Assembly: GCF_009931435.1 (NCBI RefSeq)
Contig: NZ_CP043414.1
Length of the DNA stretch: 64,000 nucleotides
Direction: 5' to 3' (one strand)
Origin: Escherichia coli
GTDB lineage: Bacteria > Pseudomonadota > Gammaproteobacteria > Enterobacterales > Enterobacteriaceae
The translations under genes and the position numbers were made by a program. The notes beneath the pieces were generated by a model, which was not told the origin of the DNA, did not search any database, and was given only the letters and a program-made list of their open reading frames with translations. Shown here one piece after another: positions 1 to 12,244 of the stretch. Position 1 is the first letter of the stretch, and every line of letters begins with the position of its first letter.

Positions 1-305
1 AGTACGGCGAGTGGCGCACCGGCGTTCGTTCGGAAGGTACGGTCTACACCGGCTTCACCTTCTTTCGCAAAGTATCTCAGGCGCTGGCAGGTTTCTTCCC
101 AGGCTGGATGCTGACGCAAATCGGCTATGTGCCAAACGTGGCGCAGGCTGACCATACCATCGAAGGTTTACGCCAGCTGATCTTCATCTACCCAAGCGCA
201 CTGGCGGTAGTCACCATTGTGGCGATGGGTTGCTTCTACAGTCTGAACGAGAAAATGTACGTCCGCATTGTTGAAGAAATAGAAGCCCGTAAACGCACGG
301 CATAA
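1..305 (+). CDS. yihP: GPH-family sugar:cation symporter, 3' fragment (gene begins upstream of window)
   Basis: Frame open from position 1 to stop at 305; C-terminus is paralogous to the downstream YihO C-terminus (EG.VYTG.TFFRK...GYVPN); position matches K-12 synteny. Confidence 0.75.
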   Translation, partial: YGEWRTGVRSEGTVYTGFTFFRKVSQALAGFFPGWMLTQIGYVPNVAQADHTIEGLRQLIFIYPSALAVVTIVAMGCFYSLNEKMYVRIVEEIEARKRTA

Positions 306-339
306 ATAATAAACAACGCCCTGCGGGGCGTTATAAGGA

Positions 340-1749
340 GTGATTATGTCTGACCATAATCCACTGACATTAAAACTGAATCTGCGGGAAAAAATCGCTT
401 ATGGCATGGGCGACGTCGGTTCGAATTTAATGCTTAGCATCGGCACTCTGTATCTCCTCAAATTTTATACCGATGAATTAGGGATGCCTGCTTACTATGG
501 CGGGATTATCTTTCTGGTGGCGAAATTCTTTACCGCGTTTACCGATATGCTCACCGGATTTTTACTCGACTCGCGGAAAAATATTGGGCCTAAAGGCAAA
601 TTTCGTCCCTTTATTTTATATGCAGCGGTTCCGGCGGCGTTAATTGCAACGCTCCAGTTTATCGCCACCACCTTTAGTTTGCCGGTTAAAACGACGATTG
701 CCACCGCGCTGTTTATGATGTTTGGACTTTCATACAGTCTGATGAACTGCTCGTATGGCGCGATGATCCCGGCCATTACCAAAAACCCCAATGAGCGCGC
801 GCAGCTCGCAGCTTATCGACAAGGAGGAGCCACCATAGGGCTATTGATTTGTACCGTGGCGTTTATTCCGTTGCAGTCGCTATTTTCTGACCCCACCGTC
901 GGTTACGCCTGCGCGGCACTGATGTTCTCCATTGGCGGCTTTATTTTTATGATGCTGTGCTACAGAGGCGTCAAAGAGCATTATGTGGACGCAACGCCAA
1001 CCGGACATAAAGCCAGTATTCTCAAATCATTTTGCGCGATATTTCGTAATCCGCCATTGCTGGTTTTATGCATTGCTAACCTGTGTACCCTGGCGGCATT
1101 TAATATCAAACTGGCAATTCAGGTCTATTACACCCAGTATGTGCTGAATGATATTAATTTATTGTCGTGGATGGGATTCTTCAGTATGGGATGCATCCTC
1201 ATCGGCGTATTGCTGGTGCCATTAACTGTAAAATGTTTTGGTAAAAAACAGGTTTATTTAGCTGGCATGGTGCTGTGGGCGGTGGGGGATATCCTGAATT
1301 ATTTCTGGGGCAGTAACTCTTTCACTTTCGTCATGTTCTCTTGTGTCGCCTTTTTTGGTACGGCCTTTGTAAACAGCCTGAACTGGGCGCTGGTACCGGA
1401 TACCGTAGATTATGGTGAATGGAAAACCGGTATTCGTGCCGAAGGTTCTGTTTATACCGGTTATACCTTCTTTCGTAAAATTTCAGCCGCACTTGCTGGC
1501 TTCTTGCCAGGCATTATGCTGACGCAAATCGGTTATGTTCCCAACATCGCGCAAAGCGATGCAACATTACAGGGTTTGCGTCAGCTCATTTTTATTTGGC
1601 CTTGTGCGCTGGCGATAATTGCTGCATTGACGATGGGATTCTTTTACACGCTCAATGAAAAACGTTTTGCGTTAATTATTGAGGACATCAACCAACGTAA
1701 AAATAAAGAGATTGAGACAAAAGAAAAAACTGCTTCCGTAACGTTATAA
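340..1749 (+). CDS. yihO: GPH-family transporter (putative sulfoquinovose importer)
   Basis: 469-aa ORF with multi-TM hydrophobic profile; true start may be the ATG at 346 (MSDHNPL); synteny with ompL and yihN. Confidence 0.85.
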   Translation: MIMSDHNPLTLKLNLREKIAYGMGDVGSNLMLSIGTLYLLKFYTDELGMPAYYGGIIFLVAKFFTAFTDMLTGFLLDSRKNIGPKGKFRPFILYAAVPAALIATLQFIATTFSLPVKTTIATALFMMFGLSYSLMNCSYGAMIPAITKNPNERAQLAAYRQGGATIGLLICTVAFIPLQSLFSDPTVGYACAALMFSIGGFIFMMLCYRGVKEHYVDATPTGHKASILKSFCAIFRNPPLLVLCIANLCTLAAFNIKLAIQVYYTQYVLNDINLLSWMGFFSMGCILIGVLLVPLTVKCFGKKQVYLAGMVLWAVGDILNYFWGSNSFTFVMFSCVAFFGTAFVNSLNWALVPDTVDYGEWKTGIRAEGSVYTGYTFFRKISAALAGFLPGIMLTQIGYVPNIAQSDATLQGLRQLIFIWPCALAIIAALTMGFFYTLNEKRFALIIEDINQRKNKEIETKEKTASVTL

Positions 1750-1816
1750 ATGTCAATAGCCGCTATTTCCATCCTGATGGGTGGCGGCCCCCCTACGTTA
1801 AAAAAATGGACTTATT

Positions 1817-2509
1817 ATGAAAAAGATTAATGCAATAATTTTATTATCTTCTCTGACCTCTGCCTCGGTATTTGCTGGCGCATACGTCGAAAACAGGGAG
1901 GCATATAATCTCGCCTCCGATCAGGCAGAAATTATGCTACGTGTAGGTTATAACTTCGATATGGGCGCGGGTATCATGTTAACCAATACCTATAATTTTC
2001 AGAGAGAAGATGAGCTTAAACATGGCTACAATGAAATTGAAGGTTGGTATCCTTTATTCAAACCAACCGATAAATTAACCATCCAACCCGGTGGCTTAAT
2101 TAATGATAAAAGCACCGGTTCCGGTGGTGCAGTATATCTGGACGTCAACTATAAATTTGTACCATGGTTTAATCTGACAGTGCGAAATCGCTATAACCAT
2201 AATAACTATAGTTCAACAGATTTGAACGGGGAGCTGGATAATAATGACACCTATGAAATTGGTACCTACTGGAATTTTAAAATCACCGAGAAATTCTCCT
2301 ATACATTTGAGCCACATTATTTCATACGCGTAAATGACTTTAATAGCAGCAATGGAAAAGATCATCATTGGGAAATCACTAATACCTTCCGTTACCGTAT
2401 TAATGAACACTGGCTGCCTTATTTCGAATTACGCTGGTTAGATCGTAATATAGAACCATACCACCGCGAGCAAAACCAGATTCGTATCGGGACGAAGTAT
2501 TTCTTCTGA
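1817..2509 (+). CDS. ompL: outer membrane porin OmpL
   Basis: 230-aa ORF with N-terminal signal peptide (MKKINAIILLSSLTSASVFA) and aromatic-rich beta-barrel-like sequence ending in F; synteny. Confidence 0.85.
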   Translation: MKKINAIILLSSLTSASVFAGAYVENREAYNLASDQAEIMLRVGYNFDMGAGIMLTNTYNFQREDELKHGYNEIEGWYPLFKPTDKLTIQPGGLINDKSTGSGGAVYLDVNYKFVPWFNLTVRNRYNHNNYSSTDLNGELDNNDTYEIGTYWNFKITEKFSYTFEPHYFIRVNDFNSSNGKDHHWEITNTFRYRINEHWLPYFELRWLDRNIEPYHREQNQIRIGTKYFF

Positions 2510-2599
<90 letters not shown>

Positions 2600-2600
<1 letters not shown>

Positions 2601-3865
2601 CAAGCTTCAGCCGCCAGCATCTCTTTCTTACGTTGGCTAATACGCTTAACCAGCATTACGGAAACCACCGCACCACAGAATGCGAAGCAGGCCATAATGC
2701 CAAACACGATTTTGTAGCCAATAATCCCCGGATTTAAATCCAGAATGTAACCATACAGACTGAAGCAGAACATCGCCGGGGCGTAACCGATAAAGCTACC
2801 CAACGCCATCGCCGCGCCTGTTTTATTTTCAGCAATTTTTGCTTCGCCGATAGGTGCAAAAAATACGGCTCGCTGTGTAAAGACTATCGCGCCAAAGCCT
2901 AATGTACAGGCCATCCCTAAATAGACCGGCATACTTTCGTGCGGCAGCATAATCAACAGTACGAGCGCAGCGGTACTGATGATAAAGGTGTAGCATAGAT
3001 ATTTACTCGGCGATTTCAGGATCTTATCTGAAATCATGCCACCAATCGGTCCACCGATCATTTTCAGACAGTATTGGTTAATGATGCCGTAAGCACCCAC
3101 CAGCGCAACGGGCAGCAGATAGATGTTTTTCAGGAATGGAATGAAGAATGTCAGGCCACAGTAAACCGCGTAAACGAAGAAGACGTTGAAAGCGATAAGC
3201 CAGATGGTTTTATCTCTCAGCACCGAAGTCATACTGGTGTTTTGCGATGCTTCGTCTTCTTTTTTCACCTCCACGGACGGTGCCTCTTCTTTGTCATTGA
3301 GTACAAAGAAAATGATAACGCCCACGGCAATCACAATAAGGGAATAGAACCAGATACCCGCTTTAAAGCCCAACAAGCCACTGCCAAACCAGGTAAATAC
3401 TGCCAACGCAGAAAATGCCACCACAGTATCGACAATTCCACGCCCTGTTTCGAAGAAGCCAAACAAACGACCTTGTTGTTCGCTATTGCCCAGTCGACTT
3501 ACCGACTTGAGCAAGACAGGCCAGTTCATCATGTCGCAGGTAACGCCAAATAGCGCCCAGACAAAGAGGATGCCCCAATACCCCGGCATTGTCGTCAAAT
3601 AAACACCCAGTAATCCCGTCGCAATGAGGGAGAATGACATGGTGTATCTGCGCGGTAGTTTATCGGCAAAATAAATAGACAGAAAAAAGCCCACTGTGGT
3701 GACAAATGAGTTTACCGACATAGCATTACCAATTTGACCATTGGTCAAATGGAAATATTCCTGCATCGGGATATAAAACGCATCTTTCAACGACGGTAAT
3801 TTATAAATTGTACCGCCACACAGTGTTAATAGACTAAATAACGCCCATTTCTTTTTCGTGAGCAT
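2600..3865 (-). CDS. yihN: MFS transporter
   Basis: 421-aa hydrophobic ORF; synteny. Confidence 0.85.
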
Positions 3866-3964
3866 AACATCCCCTAAGCGATTTTGAAAATCACTGTTCT
3901 AAAGGCAATAAGATACCGGCCATTCTTATGGAATGGTTTTTATTAACAGCGGATGAGTTAAAGC

Positions 3965-4948
3965 TTATGAGTGGTTCAGAAGATGGCTTGCCTCTTGTTT
4001 GATTTGTTGTAGTACGTTACGCACATGATTTATCTGATTAATTGCATCTTCTTTTTCTTTACGTAACCGCGCATCCAGTAAATGATTTTCTGGCAGTGGT
4101 GTTTCACTCATCTGGCGATAAGGGATCCACGGATTATCATCTTCGTCTTCAAAGCGGAACGCCGGAGCATAATAATCAACCTCTTCTTCCAGGCCATACG
4201 CTGTCACCTGCGGTTCTTCATCGCCAAGGCAGATAAGGTGTGTTAATAACTCTTTGAATGGCATATCACCCTGACCTGAAATACAGGCTTTATGGCCCAG
4301 GCCACCTTGTTCTTTAACAATCAAGGCATCTTTGATATGGACCTGGGTAATATGTGGTGCCATCGTTTTTAAAGCGTCTATGGGATGCTCATTCGCATTG
4401 ATCATATTCGCAAAATCAAACAGTAAGGAAAGTGATTTCATCTCACTGTCTTTGACCAGCGACACCAGTTCATGGCTTTTTAAATCTTCATGCTGTTCGA
4501 TCGTAAAGGTCAGGCCGCTGTCCTGATACGTTTCCCGAACATAGGCAATATCGTTAGCAATGATCGATAATACGTCGCGTAAATTACCTTCATAACGCGG
4601 ATAAAAACGCACGGACGATGCCCCGGTTTTCAACGCAATGGCGACGGCTTCGTCAATAGATGCCTTATCTGAAGCGCTGGTTTCAATATGAATATCAAGG
4701 TTCAGATGGCGGGCTTTATCGCCAAAGGCAGAGAGTTCTTTATCTGCCATATTGCCCAAAGAAAAACGTTCGCCATCCAGAACATGAATTTTTACGCCTC
4801 GCAGATTATTTTCACTCGCAATATCAAGTAAATCAGCTGGCAATACTCTTTCCAGCCGCATATTTAAATGAAAAGCGTAGGCATGCAAATAAAGAGGAAG
4901 AGTATCGACACGTTGTAGAATCTTTCTTGCGTTATTTATTGTCACCAT
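3965..4948 (-). CDS. yihM: sugar-phosphate isomerase/epimerase (TIM-barrel) family protein
   Basis: ORF track gives 345 aa from 5002; start at MVTINNARK (4948) gives 327 aa and avoids overlap with yihL. Confidence 0.8.
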   Translation of the reverse strand: MVTINNARKILQRVDTLPLYLHAYAFHLNMRLERVLPADLLDIASENNLRGVKIHVLDGERFSLGNMADKELSAFGDKARHLNLDIHIETSASDKASIDEAVAIALKTGASSVRFYPRYEGNLRDVLSIIANDIAYVRETYQDSGLTFTIEQHEDLKSHELVSLVKDSEMKSLSLLFDFANMINANEHPIDALKTMAPHITQVHIKDALIVKEQGGLGHKACISGQGDMPFKELLTHLICLGDEEPQVTAYGLEEEVDYYAPAFRFEDEDDNPWIPYRQMSETPLPENHLLDARLRKEKEDAINQINHVRNVLQQIKQEASHLLNHS

Positions 4949-4955
4949 AAAACAC

Positions 4956-5666
4956 CTACAGATTAATGATGAGATCCACGGCCTCAAATCGCCAATATTC
5001 AATATCTATCTGGACAATATTGCCTTGCTGGTCAGCGCGATGTTTTTCAATTAAGATCGCAGGCATGCCCGCTGAACCGCCAAGAAATTTACTGATATCA
5101 CCCGGCATTCTTACGGGTTTGAAAACCAGTTTTTTTACTACCGTCTCTTTTTGGTAGCATTTTTCCCAGACTGAAGAAAATGAGTGGTTTTCAAGTTGCT
5201 CTATAAAACCTGGGGCAACTTCAGGATTAATATATGTTTCGTGATAGAAAACTTTATGTCCTTCCAGCGCCCCCCAGCCGGTAATGCGATAGAGTTCAGT
5301 TGATGGCGTCACTGCAACCAGTGGCGCGAGCGTCTCGGGAATGTCGCTGGTACGGCTTTTCTCAGTAAAGCCCCAGGAAGGTTCCCGCCCTTGCTCAATT
5401 GCGGCCCGCTGAAAGCTCGCCGACAGCTCCGGACTGTAATTAAATCGCGGCTGAGTCACGAACCACCCTTTACGATCCTTACGGAAAATTTTGGATTCTG
5501 CCTCAAGGTTCAGCAACGCCTGGCGTAACGTCATACGTTTAATGCCCAGCAACTCTCCCAGCTCTCTTTCTGAAGGGAGTTTTCCACCCGGCGTGGTGAT
5601 GCCATCTTTCAACCACCGATCCAGTTTCTCTTTTGCATTTTCTACGGTGGATTGATTCTCCGCCAT
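4956..5666 (-). CDS. yihL: GntR-family transcriptional regulator
   Basis: 236-aa ORF with N-terminal wHTH (ERELGELLGIKRMTLRQAL); synteny. Confidence 0.85.
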   Translation of the reverse strand: MAENQSTVENAKEKLDRWLKDGITTPGGKLPSERELGELLGIKRMTLRQALLNLEAESKIFRKDRKGWFVTQPRFNYSPELSASFQRAAIEQGREPSWGFTEKSRTSDIPETLAPLVAVTPSTELYRITGWGALEGHKVFYHETYINPEVAPGFIEQLENHSFSSVWEKCYQKETVVKKLVFKPVRMPGDISKFLGGSAGMPAILIEKHRADQQGNIVQIDIEYWRFEAVDLIINL

Positions 5667-5832
5667 TGTTTAATCCTTTTGGTTTAAACCAGATGAGGCA
5701 TCTTACGCTTACGCCAAAAAAGAAAGCAATTAACAGCGTATGACTTTGCAGATAATTGTGACAAAGCTCTCTATTGACGTAACCACAAACTTATAAGGGA
5801 GATACTCGCACTGGTGAGAACTTACGACAGGC

Positions 5833-5865
5833 AAAAAAAAACCTGCCATCACTGGCAGGTTTTTT
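5833..5865 (-). terminator. rho-independent terminator downstream of typA (palindromic, potentially bidirectional)
   Basis: Hairpin cctgccatcactggcagg flanked by an A9 run and a T6 run. Confidence 0.6.
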
Positions 5866-5882
5866 ATGACTAAAAAACGAAA

Positions 5883-7706
5883 TTAATCGTCTTTCGGTGC
5901 GCGGTTGGCGCGACGACGATCGTTTTCCGTCAGGTGACGTTTACGAATACGGATAGAGGTCGGAGTCACTTCTACCAGTTCGTCATCATCGATGAACTCC
6001 AGAGCTTGTTCCAGAGTCATGCGGATAGGCGGAACCAGAACAACGGCTTCGTCAGTACCGGAAGCACGCATGTTGGTCAGTTTCTTACCGGTCAGACAGT
6101 TTACAGTCAGGTCGTTAGAACGGCTGTGAATACCGATAATCTGACCTTCGTAAACTTCTGCACCGTGACCGAGGAACAGCTTACCGCGATCCTGCAGACC
6201 GAACAGCGCGAACGCGACCGCTTTACCCTGACCGTTAGAGATCAGTACGCCATTCTGACGCTGACCCACTTCGCCCGGACGTACGTCGTCGTAGTGGCTG
6301 AAGGTGGAGTACAGCAGACCAGTACCGGAAGTCATGGTCATGAACTCAGAACGGAAGCCAATCAGACCACGGCTTGGGATCACGTAGTCGAGACGTACGC
6401 GGCCTTTACCGTCTGGATTCATGTTTTTCAGGTCGCCTTTACGTTCGCCCAGCGCCTGCATTACAGAACCCTGATGCTGTTCTTCAACGTCCAGAGTCAC
6501 GTTTTCATACGGCTCTTGTTTACGACCGTCAATTTCACGGAAGATAACTTTCGGACGGGATACCGCCAGTTCGAAACCTTCACGACGCATGTTTTCGATC
6601 AGAACAGACAAGTGCAGTTCGCCACGGCCAGAAACGCGGAACGCATCGGCATCTTCGGTTTCTTCTACGCGCAGCGCAACGTTGTGTACCAGTTCTTTGT
6701 TCAGACGATCCAGGATCTGACGAGACGTTACGAACTTACCTTCTTTACCGCAGAACGGTGAGGTGTTAACGCAGAAGAACATAGAAACGGTCGGCTCATC
6801 AACGGAGAGTGCCGGCAGCGCTTCAACGTTTTGCGTGTCGCAAACGGTGTCAGAAATGTTCAGTTCGCCCAGGCCCGTGATCGCCACGATATCGCCAGCT
6901 TCCGCCAGATCGGTTTCGATACGTTCCAGACCGAGGTGGCCCAGCACTTTACCGACTTTCGCGTTGCGGGTTTTGCCTTCGCTATCGATGATAGTAACTT
7001 GCTGGTTCGGCTTCACTTTACCGCGCTTGATGCGGCCAATGCCGATAACGCCAACATAGCTGTTGTAATCGAGCTGAGAAATCTGCATCTGGAACGGACC
7101 GTCAAGGTCAACGTCCGGCGCAGGAACGTGGTCAACAATTGCCTGATACAGCGGGGTCATGTCTTCTGCCATATCTTCGTGGTCCAGACCCGCGATACCG
7201 TTCAGCGCAGAAGCGTAAACGATCGGGAAGTCCAGCTGCTCGTCAGTCGCGTCGAGGTTAACGAACAGGTCGAATACCTGATCCACAACCCAGTCAGGAC
7301 GCGCGCCAGGGCGGTCAACTTTGTTGATAACAACAATTGGCTTCAGGCCGTAAGCAAACGCTTTTTTGGTTACGAAGCGCGTTTGCGGCATCGGGCCGTC
7401 AAATGCGTCAACCACCAGCAGCACTGAGTCTACCATGGACATTACACGTTCAACTTCACCACCGAAGTCGGCGTGCCCCGGGGTATCAACGATGTTGATA
7501 CGGTAATCATTCCATTTGATAGCGGTGTTTTTCGCGAGGATGGTAATCCCACGCTCTTTCTCCAAATCGTTGGAGTCCATCACGCGCTCTTGGGTTTCGG
7601 CACGAGAGTCGAACGTACCGGATTGTTGGAGCAGCTTGTCTACCAGGGTGGTTTTACCATGGTCTACGTGCGCGATGATGGCGATATTACGCAATTTTTC
7701 GATCAC
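5883..7706 (-). CDS. typA: ribosome-dependent translational GTPase BipA/TypA
   Basis: 607 aa; G1 motif [13 protein letters not shown]-like domains. Confidence 0.97.
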   Translation of the reverse strand: MIEKLRNIAIIAHVDHGKTTLVDKLLQQSGTFDSRAETQERVMDSNDLEKERGITILAKNTAIKWNDYRINIVDTPGHADFGGEVERVMSMVDSVLLVVDAFDGPMPQTRFVTKKAFAYGLKPIVVINKVDRPGARPDWVVDQVFDLFVNLDATDEQLDFPIVYASALNGIAGLDHEDMAEDMTPLYQAIVDHVPAPDVDLDGPFQMQISQLDYNSYVGVIGIGRIKRGKVKPNQQVTIIDSEGKTRNAKVGKVLGHLGLERIETDLAEAGDIVAITGLGELNISDTVCDTQNVEALPALSVDEPTVSMFFCVNTSPFCGKEGKFVTSRQILDRLNKELVHNVALRVEETEDADAFRVSGRGELHLSVLIENMRREGFELAVSRPKVIFREIDGRKQEPYENVTLDVEEQHQGSVMQALGERKGDLKNMNPDGKGRVRLDYVIPSRGLIGFRSEFMTMTSGTGLLYSTFSHYDDVRPGEVGQRQNGVLISNGQGKAVAFALFGLQDRGKLFLGHGAEVYEGQIIGIHSRSNDLTVNCLTGKKLTNMRASGTDEAVVLVPPIRMTLEQALEFIDDDELVEVTPTSIRIRKRHLTENDRRRANRAPKDD

Positions 7707-7854
7707 AACTTTGCCTCAGGCATTAGAAATAGCGCGTTATTGTACACGGATTAATCGCACTACAAAACAGGATCACAAACATCCTCCGCAAACAAGTATT
7801 GCAGAGTCCCTTTGTGATCGCTTTCACGGAGCATAAAAAGGGTTATCCAAAGGT

Positions 7855-7995
7855 CATTGCACCAATATGGTGCTTAATGTTTCCATTGAAGCACTATATT
7901 GGTGCAACATTAACATCGTGGTGCAGCCCTTTTGCACGATGGTGCGCATGATAACGCCTTTTAGGGGCAATTTAAAAGTTGGCACAGATTTCGCT
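7855..7995 (+). promoter_or_regulatory. glnA control region: NtrC enhancer sites and sigma-54 promoter glnAp2
   Basis: TGCACCAatatGGTGC-type NtrC half-site pairs at about 7858-7960; TGGCACagatTTCGCT (-24/-12) at about 7980-7995. Confidence 0.8.
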
Positions 7996-8078
7996 TTATC
8001 TTTTTTACGGCGACACGGCCAAAATAATTGCAGATTTCGTTACCACGACGACCATGACCAATCCAGGAGAGTTAAAGT

Positions 8079-9488
8079 ATGTCCGCTGAACACGTACTGA
8101 CGATGCTGAACGAGCACGAAGTGAAGTTTGTTGATTTGCGCTTCACCGACACCAAAGGTAAAGAACAGCACGTCACTATCCCTGCTCATCAGGTGAATGC
8201 TGAATTCTTCGAAGAAGGCAAAATGTTTGACGGCTCCTCGATTGGCGGCTGGAAAGGCATTAACGAATCCGACATGGTGCTGATGCCAGACGCATCCACC
8301 GCAGTGATTGACCCGTTCTTCGCGGACTCTACCCTGATTATCCGTTGCGATATCCTTGAACCAGGCACCCTGCAAGGCTATGACCGTGACCCGCGTTCCA
8401 TCGCGAAGCGCGCTGAAGATTACCTGCGTTCTACTGGCATTGCCGACACCGTACTGTTCGGGCCAGAACCTGAATTCTTCCTGTTCGATGACATCCGTTT
8501 CGGCGCGTCTATCTCCGGTTCTCATGTTGCCATCGACGATATCGAAGGTGCATGGAACTCCTCCACCAAATATGAAGGTGGTAACAAAGGTCACCGTCCG
8601 GCAGTGAAAGGCGGTTACTTCCCGGTTCCGCCGGTAGACTCTGCTCAGGATATCCGTTCTGAAATGTGTCTGGTGATGGAACAGATGGGTCTGGTTGTTG
8701 AAGCCCATCACCACGAAGTAGCGACTGCTGGTCAGAACGAAGTGGCTACCCGCTTCAATACCATGACCAAAAAAGCTGACGAAATTCAGATCTACAAATA
8801 TGTTGTGCACAACGTTGCACACCGCTTCGGTAAAACCGCGACCTTTATGCCAAAACCGATGTTCGGTGATAACGGCTCCGGTATGCACTGCCACATGTCA
8901 CTGTCTAAAAACGGCGTCAACCTGTTCGCTGGCGACAAATATGCAGGTCTGTCTGAGCAGGCGTTGTACTACATTGGCGGCGTAATCAAACACGCTAAAG
9001 CAATTAACGCCCTGGCAAACCCGACCACCAACTCTTACAAGCGTCTGGTCCCGGGCTACGAAGCACCGGTAATGCTGGCTTACTCTGCACGCAACCGTTC
9101 TGCGTCTATCCGTATTCCAGTGGTTTCTTCTCCGAAAGCACGTCGTATCGAAGTCCGTTTCCCGGACCCAGCGGCTAACCCGTACCTGTGCTTTGCTGCC
9201 CTGCTGATGGCCGGTCTTGATGGTATCAAGAACAAGATCCACCCAGGCGAAGCCATGGACAAAAACCTGTATGACCTGCCGCCAGAAGAAGCGAAAGAGA
9301 TCCCACAGGTTGCAGGCTCTCTGGAAGAAGCACTGAACGAACTGGATCTGGACCGCGAGTTCCTGAAAGCCGGTGGCGTGTTCACTGACGAAGCCATTGA
9401 TGCGTACATCGCTCTGCGTCGCGAAGAAAATGACCGCGTGCGTATGACTCCGCATCCGGTAGAGTTTGAGCTGTACTACAGCGTCTAA
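8079..9488 (+). CDS. glnA: glutamine synthetase
   Basis: 469 aa, [31 protein letters not shown]...; immediately upstream of ntrBC. Confidence 0.98.
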   Translation: MSAEHVLTMLNEHEVKFVDLRFTDTKGKEQHVTIPAHQVNAEFFEEGKMFDGSSIGGWKGINESDMVLMPDASTAVIDPFFADSTLIIRCDILEPGTLQGYDRDPRSIAKRAEDYLRSTGIADTVLFGPEPEFFLFDDIRFGASISGSHVAIDDIEGAWNSSTKYEGGNKGHRPAVKGGYFPVPPVDSAQDIRSEMCLVMEQMGLVVEAHHHEVATAGQNEVATRFNTMTKKADEIQIYKYVVHNVAHRFGKTATFMPKPMFGDNGSGMHCHMSLSKNGVNLFAGDKYAGLSEQALYYIGGVIKHAKAINALANPTTNSYKRLVPGYEAPVMLAYSARNRSASIRIPVVSSPKARRIEVRFPDPAANPYLCFAALLMAGLDGIKNKIHPGEAMDKNLYDLPPEEAKEIPQVAGSLEEALNELDLDREFLKAGGVFTDEAIDAYIALRREENDRVRMTPHPVEFELYYSV

Positions 9489-9549
9489 TAGTTGAAGTTG
9501 TACTACCCGGTGCAAAGAAGGCCGGGATTTAGTTGCCGTGGAAACTTTC

Positions 9550-9580
9550 AGCCCATCTCTGCATGGGCTTTTTTCTCCGT
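9550..9580 (+). terminator. rho-independent terminator after glnA
   Basis: agcccatctctgcatgggct hairpin followed by a T6 run. Confidence 0.7.
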
Positions 9581-9619
9581 AACTTCTTTGATGCTTCGCG
9601 CTTTTTATCCGTAAAAAGC

Positions 9620-9650
9620 TATAATGCACTAAAATGGTGCAACCTGTTCA
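9620..9650 (+). promoter_or_regulatory. glnL promoter with overlapping NtrC operator
   Basis: tataat immediately followed by TGCACTaaaaTGGTGCAa. Confidence 0.6.
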
Positions 9651-9662
9651 GGAGACTGCTTT

Positions 9663-10712
9663 ATGGCAACAGGCACGCAGCCCGATGCTGGGCAGATCCT
9701 CAACTCACTGATTAACAGTATTTTGTTAATTGATGACAACCTGGCAATCCATTACGCCAACCCCGCCGCGCAACAACTACTCGCCCAAAGCTCCCGCAAA
9801 TTGTTTGGTACGCCGTTACCGGAACTGTTGAGCTACTTCTCATTAAATATCGAGCTGATGCAAGAAAGTCTGGAGGCGGGGCAAGGTTTTACCGATAACG
9901 AAGTGACGCTGGTGATCGACGGTCGCTCGCATATCCTTTCTGTGACGGCCCAGCGTATGCCGGACGGCATGATCCTGCTGGAGATGGCACCGATGGATAA
10001 CCAGCGCCGCTTAAGTCAGGAACAGCTACAGCACGCCCAGCAGGTTGCTGCCCGTGATTTAGTGCGCGGCCTGGCGCATGAGATTAAAAATCCGCTTGGC
10101 GGTTTACGTGGCGCGGCCCAGTTGCTCAGCAAAGCATTACCTGACCCGTCACTGCTGGAATATACCAAAGTGATTATTGAACAGGCGGATCGGTTGCGAA
10201 ATCTGGTCGACCGTCTGTTGGGGCCGCAACTGCCCGGTACGCGCGTTACCGAAAGTATTCACAAAGTGGCTGAACGCGTGGTGACGCTGGTGTCGATGGA
10301 ACTGCCGGACAACGTGCGGTTGATTCGTGATTACGACCCCAGCCTGCCGGAACTGGCGCACGACCCGGATCAAATTGAACAGGTATTGCTGAATATTGTG
10401 CGCAATGCGCTACAGGCACTGGGGCCGGAAGGTGGTGAAATCATTCTGCGTACCCGCACCGCGTTTCAACTGACCTTACACGGCGAGCGCTATCGGCTGG
10501 CGGCGCGGATTGATGTGGAAGATAACGGGCCAGGCATTCCGCCTCATTTGCAGGATACGCTGTTTTACCCGATGGTCAGCGGCCGCGAAGGTGGCACCGG
10601 GCTTGGCTTATCCATCGCCCGTAATTTGATTGATCAGCATTCAGGCAAAATTGAATTTACCAGTTGGCCAGGTCATACCGAGTTCTCGGTTTACCTGCCT
10701 ATCAGGAAATAA
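9663..10712 (+). CDS. glnL: nitrogen regulation sensor histidine kinase NtrB
   Basis: 349 aa; H-box HEIKNPLGG; HATPase motifs. Confidence 0.97.
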
Positions 10713-10723
10713 AGGTGACGTTT

Positions 10724-12133
10724 ATGCAACGAGGGATAGTCTGGGTAGTCGATGACGATAGTTCCATCCGTTGGGTGCTTGAACGTGCGCTCGCTGGAGC
10801 AGGTTTAACCTGTACGACGTTTGAGAACGGCGCGGAAGTGCTGGAGGCGCTGGCGAGCAAAACACCGGATGTACTGCTTTCAGATATCCGTATGCCGGGA
10901 ATGGACGGGCTTGCGCTGCTCAAGCAGATTAAACAGCGCCATCCGATGCTTCCGGTCATCATTATGACCGCACATTCCGATCTGGATGCTGCCGTCAGCG
11001 CCTATCAACAAGGGGCGTTTGATTATCTGCCCAAACCGTTTGATATCGACGAAGCCGTGGCGCTGGTTGAGCGCGCCATCAGCCATTATCAGGAACAGCA
11101 GCAACCGCGTAATGTTCAGCTTAACGGCCCGACGACCGATATCATCGGCGAAGCGCCAGCCATGCAGGACGTGTTCCGGATTATCGGTCGGCTTTCACGT
11201 TCTTCTATTAGCGTGCTGATTAACGGCGAATCCGGCACCGGTAAAGAACTGGTCGCTCATGCCCTGCATCGCCACAGTCCTCGAGCCAAAGCGCCGTTTA
11301 TCGCGCTGAATATGGCGGCTATCCCGAAGGATTTGATCGAATCAGAACTGTTCGGTCACGAGAAAGGCGCGTTTACCGGCGCGAATACCATTCGTCAGGG
11401 GCGTTTTGAACAGGCCGATGGCGGCACGTTATTCCTCGATGAAATTGGCGATATGCCGCTCGATGTACAGACGCGTTTGCTGCGCGTGCTGGCAGACGGT
11501 CAGTTTTATCGCGTTGGCGGCTATGCGCCGGTGAAAGTGGATGTGCGGATTATCGCTGCGACCCATCAGAATCTCGAACAGCGGGTACAGGAAGGCAAGT
11601 TCCGTGAGGATTTGTTCCACCGCCTGAACGTTATCCGCGTTCATCTGCCGCCGCTGCGTGAGCGTCGGGAAGATATTCCCCGTCTGGCACGCCATTTTTT
11701 ACAGGTTGCCGCGCGCGAACTGGGCGTAGAAGCGAAGTTGCTGCATCCGGAAACCGAAGCCGCGCTGACGCGTCTGGCATGGCCGGGTAACGTGCGCCAG
11801 CTGGAAAACACCTGCCGTTGGTTAACGGTGATGGCCGCCGGGCAGGAAGTGTTGATTCAGGATTTGCCTGGCGAACTGTTTGAATCAACGGTTGCGGAGA
11901 GTACTCCGCAAATGCAACCGGACAGTTGGGCAACGCTGTTAGCGCAGTGGGCAGACAGAGCGCTGCGTTCCGGTCATCAAAATTTGCTTTCCGAAGCGCA
12001 GCCTGAGCTTGAGCGGACGTTACTGACGACCGCGTTGCGACATACGCAGGGGCATAAACAGGAAGCTGCGCGGCTACTTGGCTGGGGGCGTAACACCCTG
12101 ACGCGGAAGTTAAAAGAGCTGGGGATGGAGTGA
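10724..12133 (+). CDS. glnG: sigma-54-dependent response regulator NtrC
   Basis: Start chosen at the ATG giving [12 protein letters not shown] (the ORF-track start at 10664 overlaps glnL); receiver domain, [11 protein letters not shown]+ motif, C-terminal HTH. Confidence 0.97.
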   Translation: MQRGIVWVVDDDSSIRWVLERALAGAGLTCTTFENGAEVLEALASKTPDVLLSDIRMPGMDGLALLKQIKQRHPMLPVIIMTAHSDLDAAVSAYQQGAFDYLPKPFDIDEAVALVERAISHYQEQQQPRNVQLNGPTTDIIGEAPAMQDVFRIIGRLSRSSISVLINGESGTGKELVAHALHRHSPRAKAPFIALNMAAIPKDLIESELFGHEKGAFTGANTIRQGRFEQADGGTLFLDEIGDMPLDVQTRLLRVLADGQFYRVGGYAPVKVDVRIIAATHQNLEQRVQEGKFREDLFHRLNVIRVHLPPLRERREDIPRLARHFLQVAARELGVEAKLLHPETEAALTRLAWPGNVRQLENTCRWLTVMAAGQEVLIQDLPGELFESTVAESTPQMQPDSWATLLAQWADRALRSGHQNLLSEAQPELERTLLTTALRHTQGHKQEAARLLGWGRNTLTRKLKELGME

Positions 12134-12244
12134 TTCACAGCTTGTGTGTAAAGATTGATTATTGAGCGCAAATTGCTGGTATTTTGCGCTTTACTGTTCC
12201 GATAAGTTCAGTATGATCTTGCCCGGAAAACGGGGAGAGTCATT

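Noticed and set aside
5934-6761. 275-aa plus-strand ORF
   Set aside because: Antisense to typA; low-complexity translation, no RBS or family resemblance.
8040-9629. 284-aa and 243-aa minus-strand ORFs
   Set aside because: Antisense to glnA; artefacts of GC-rich codon usage.
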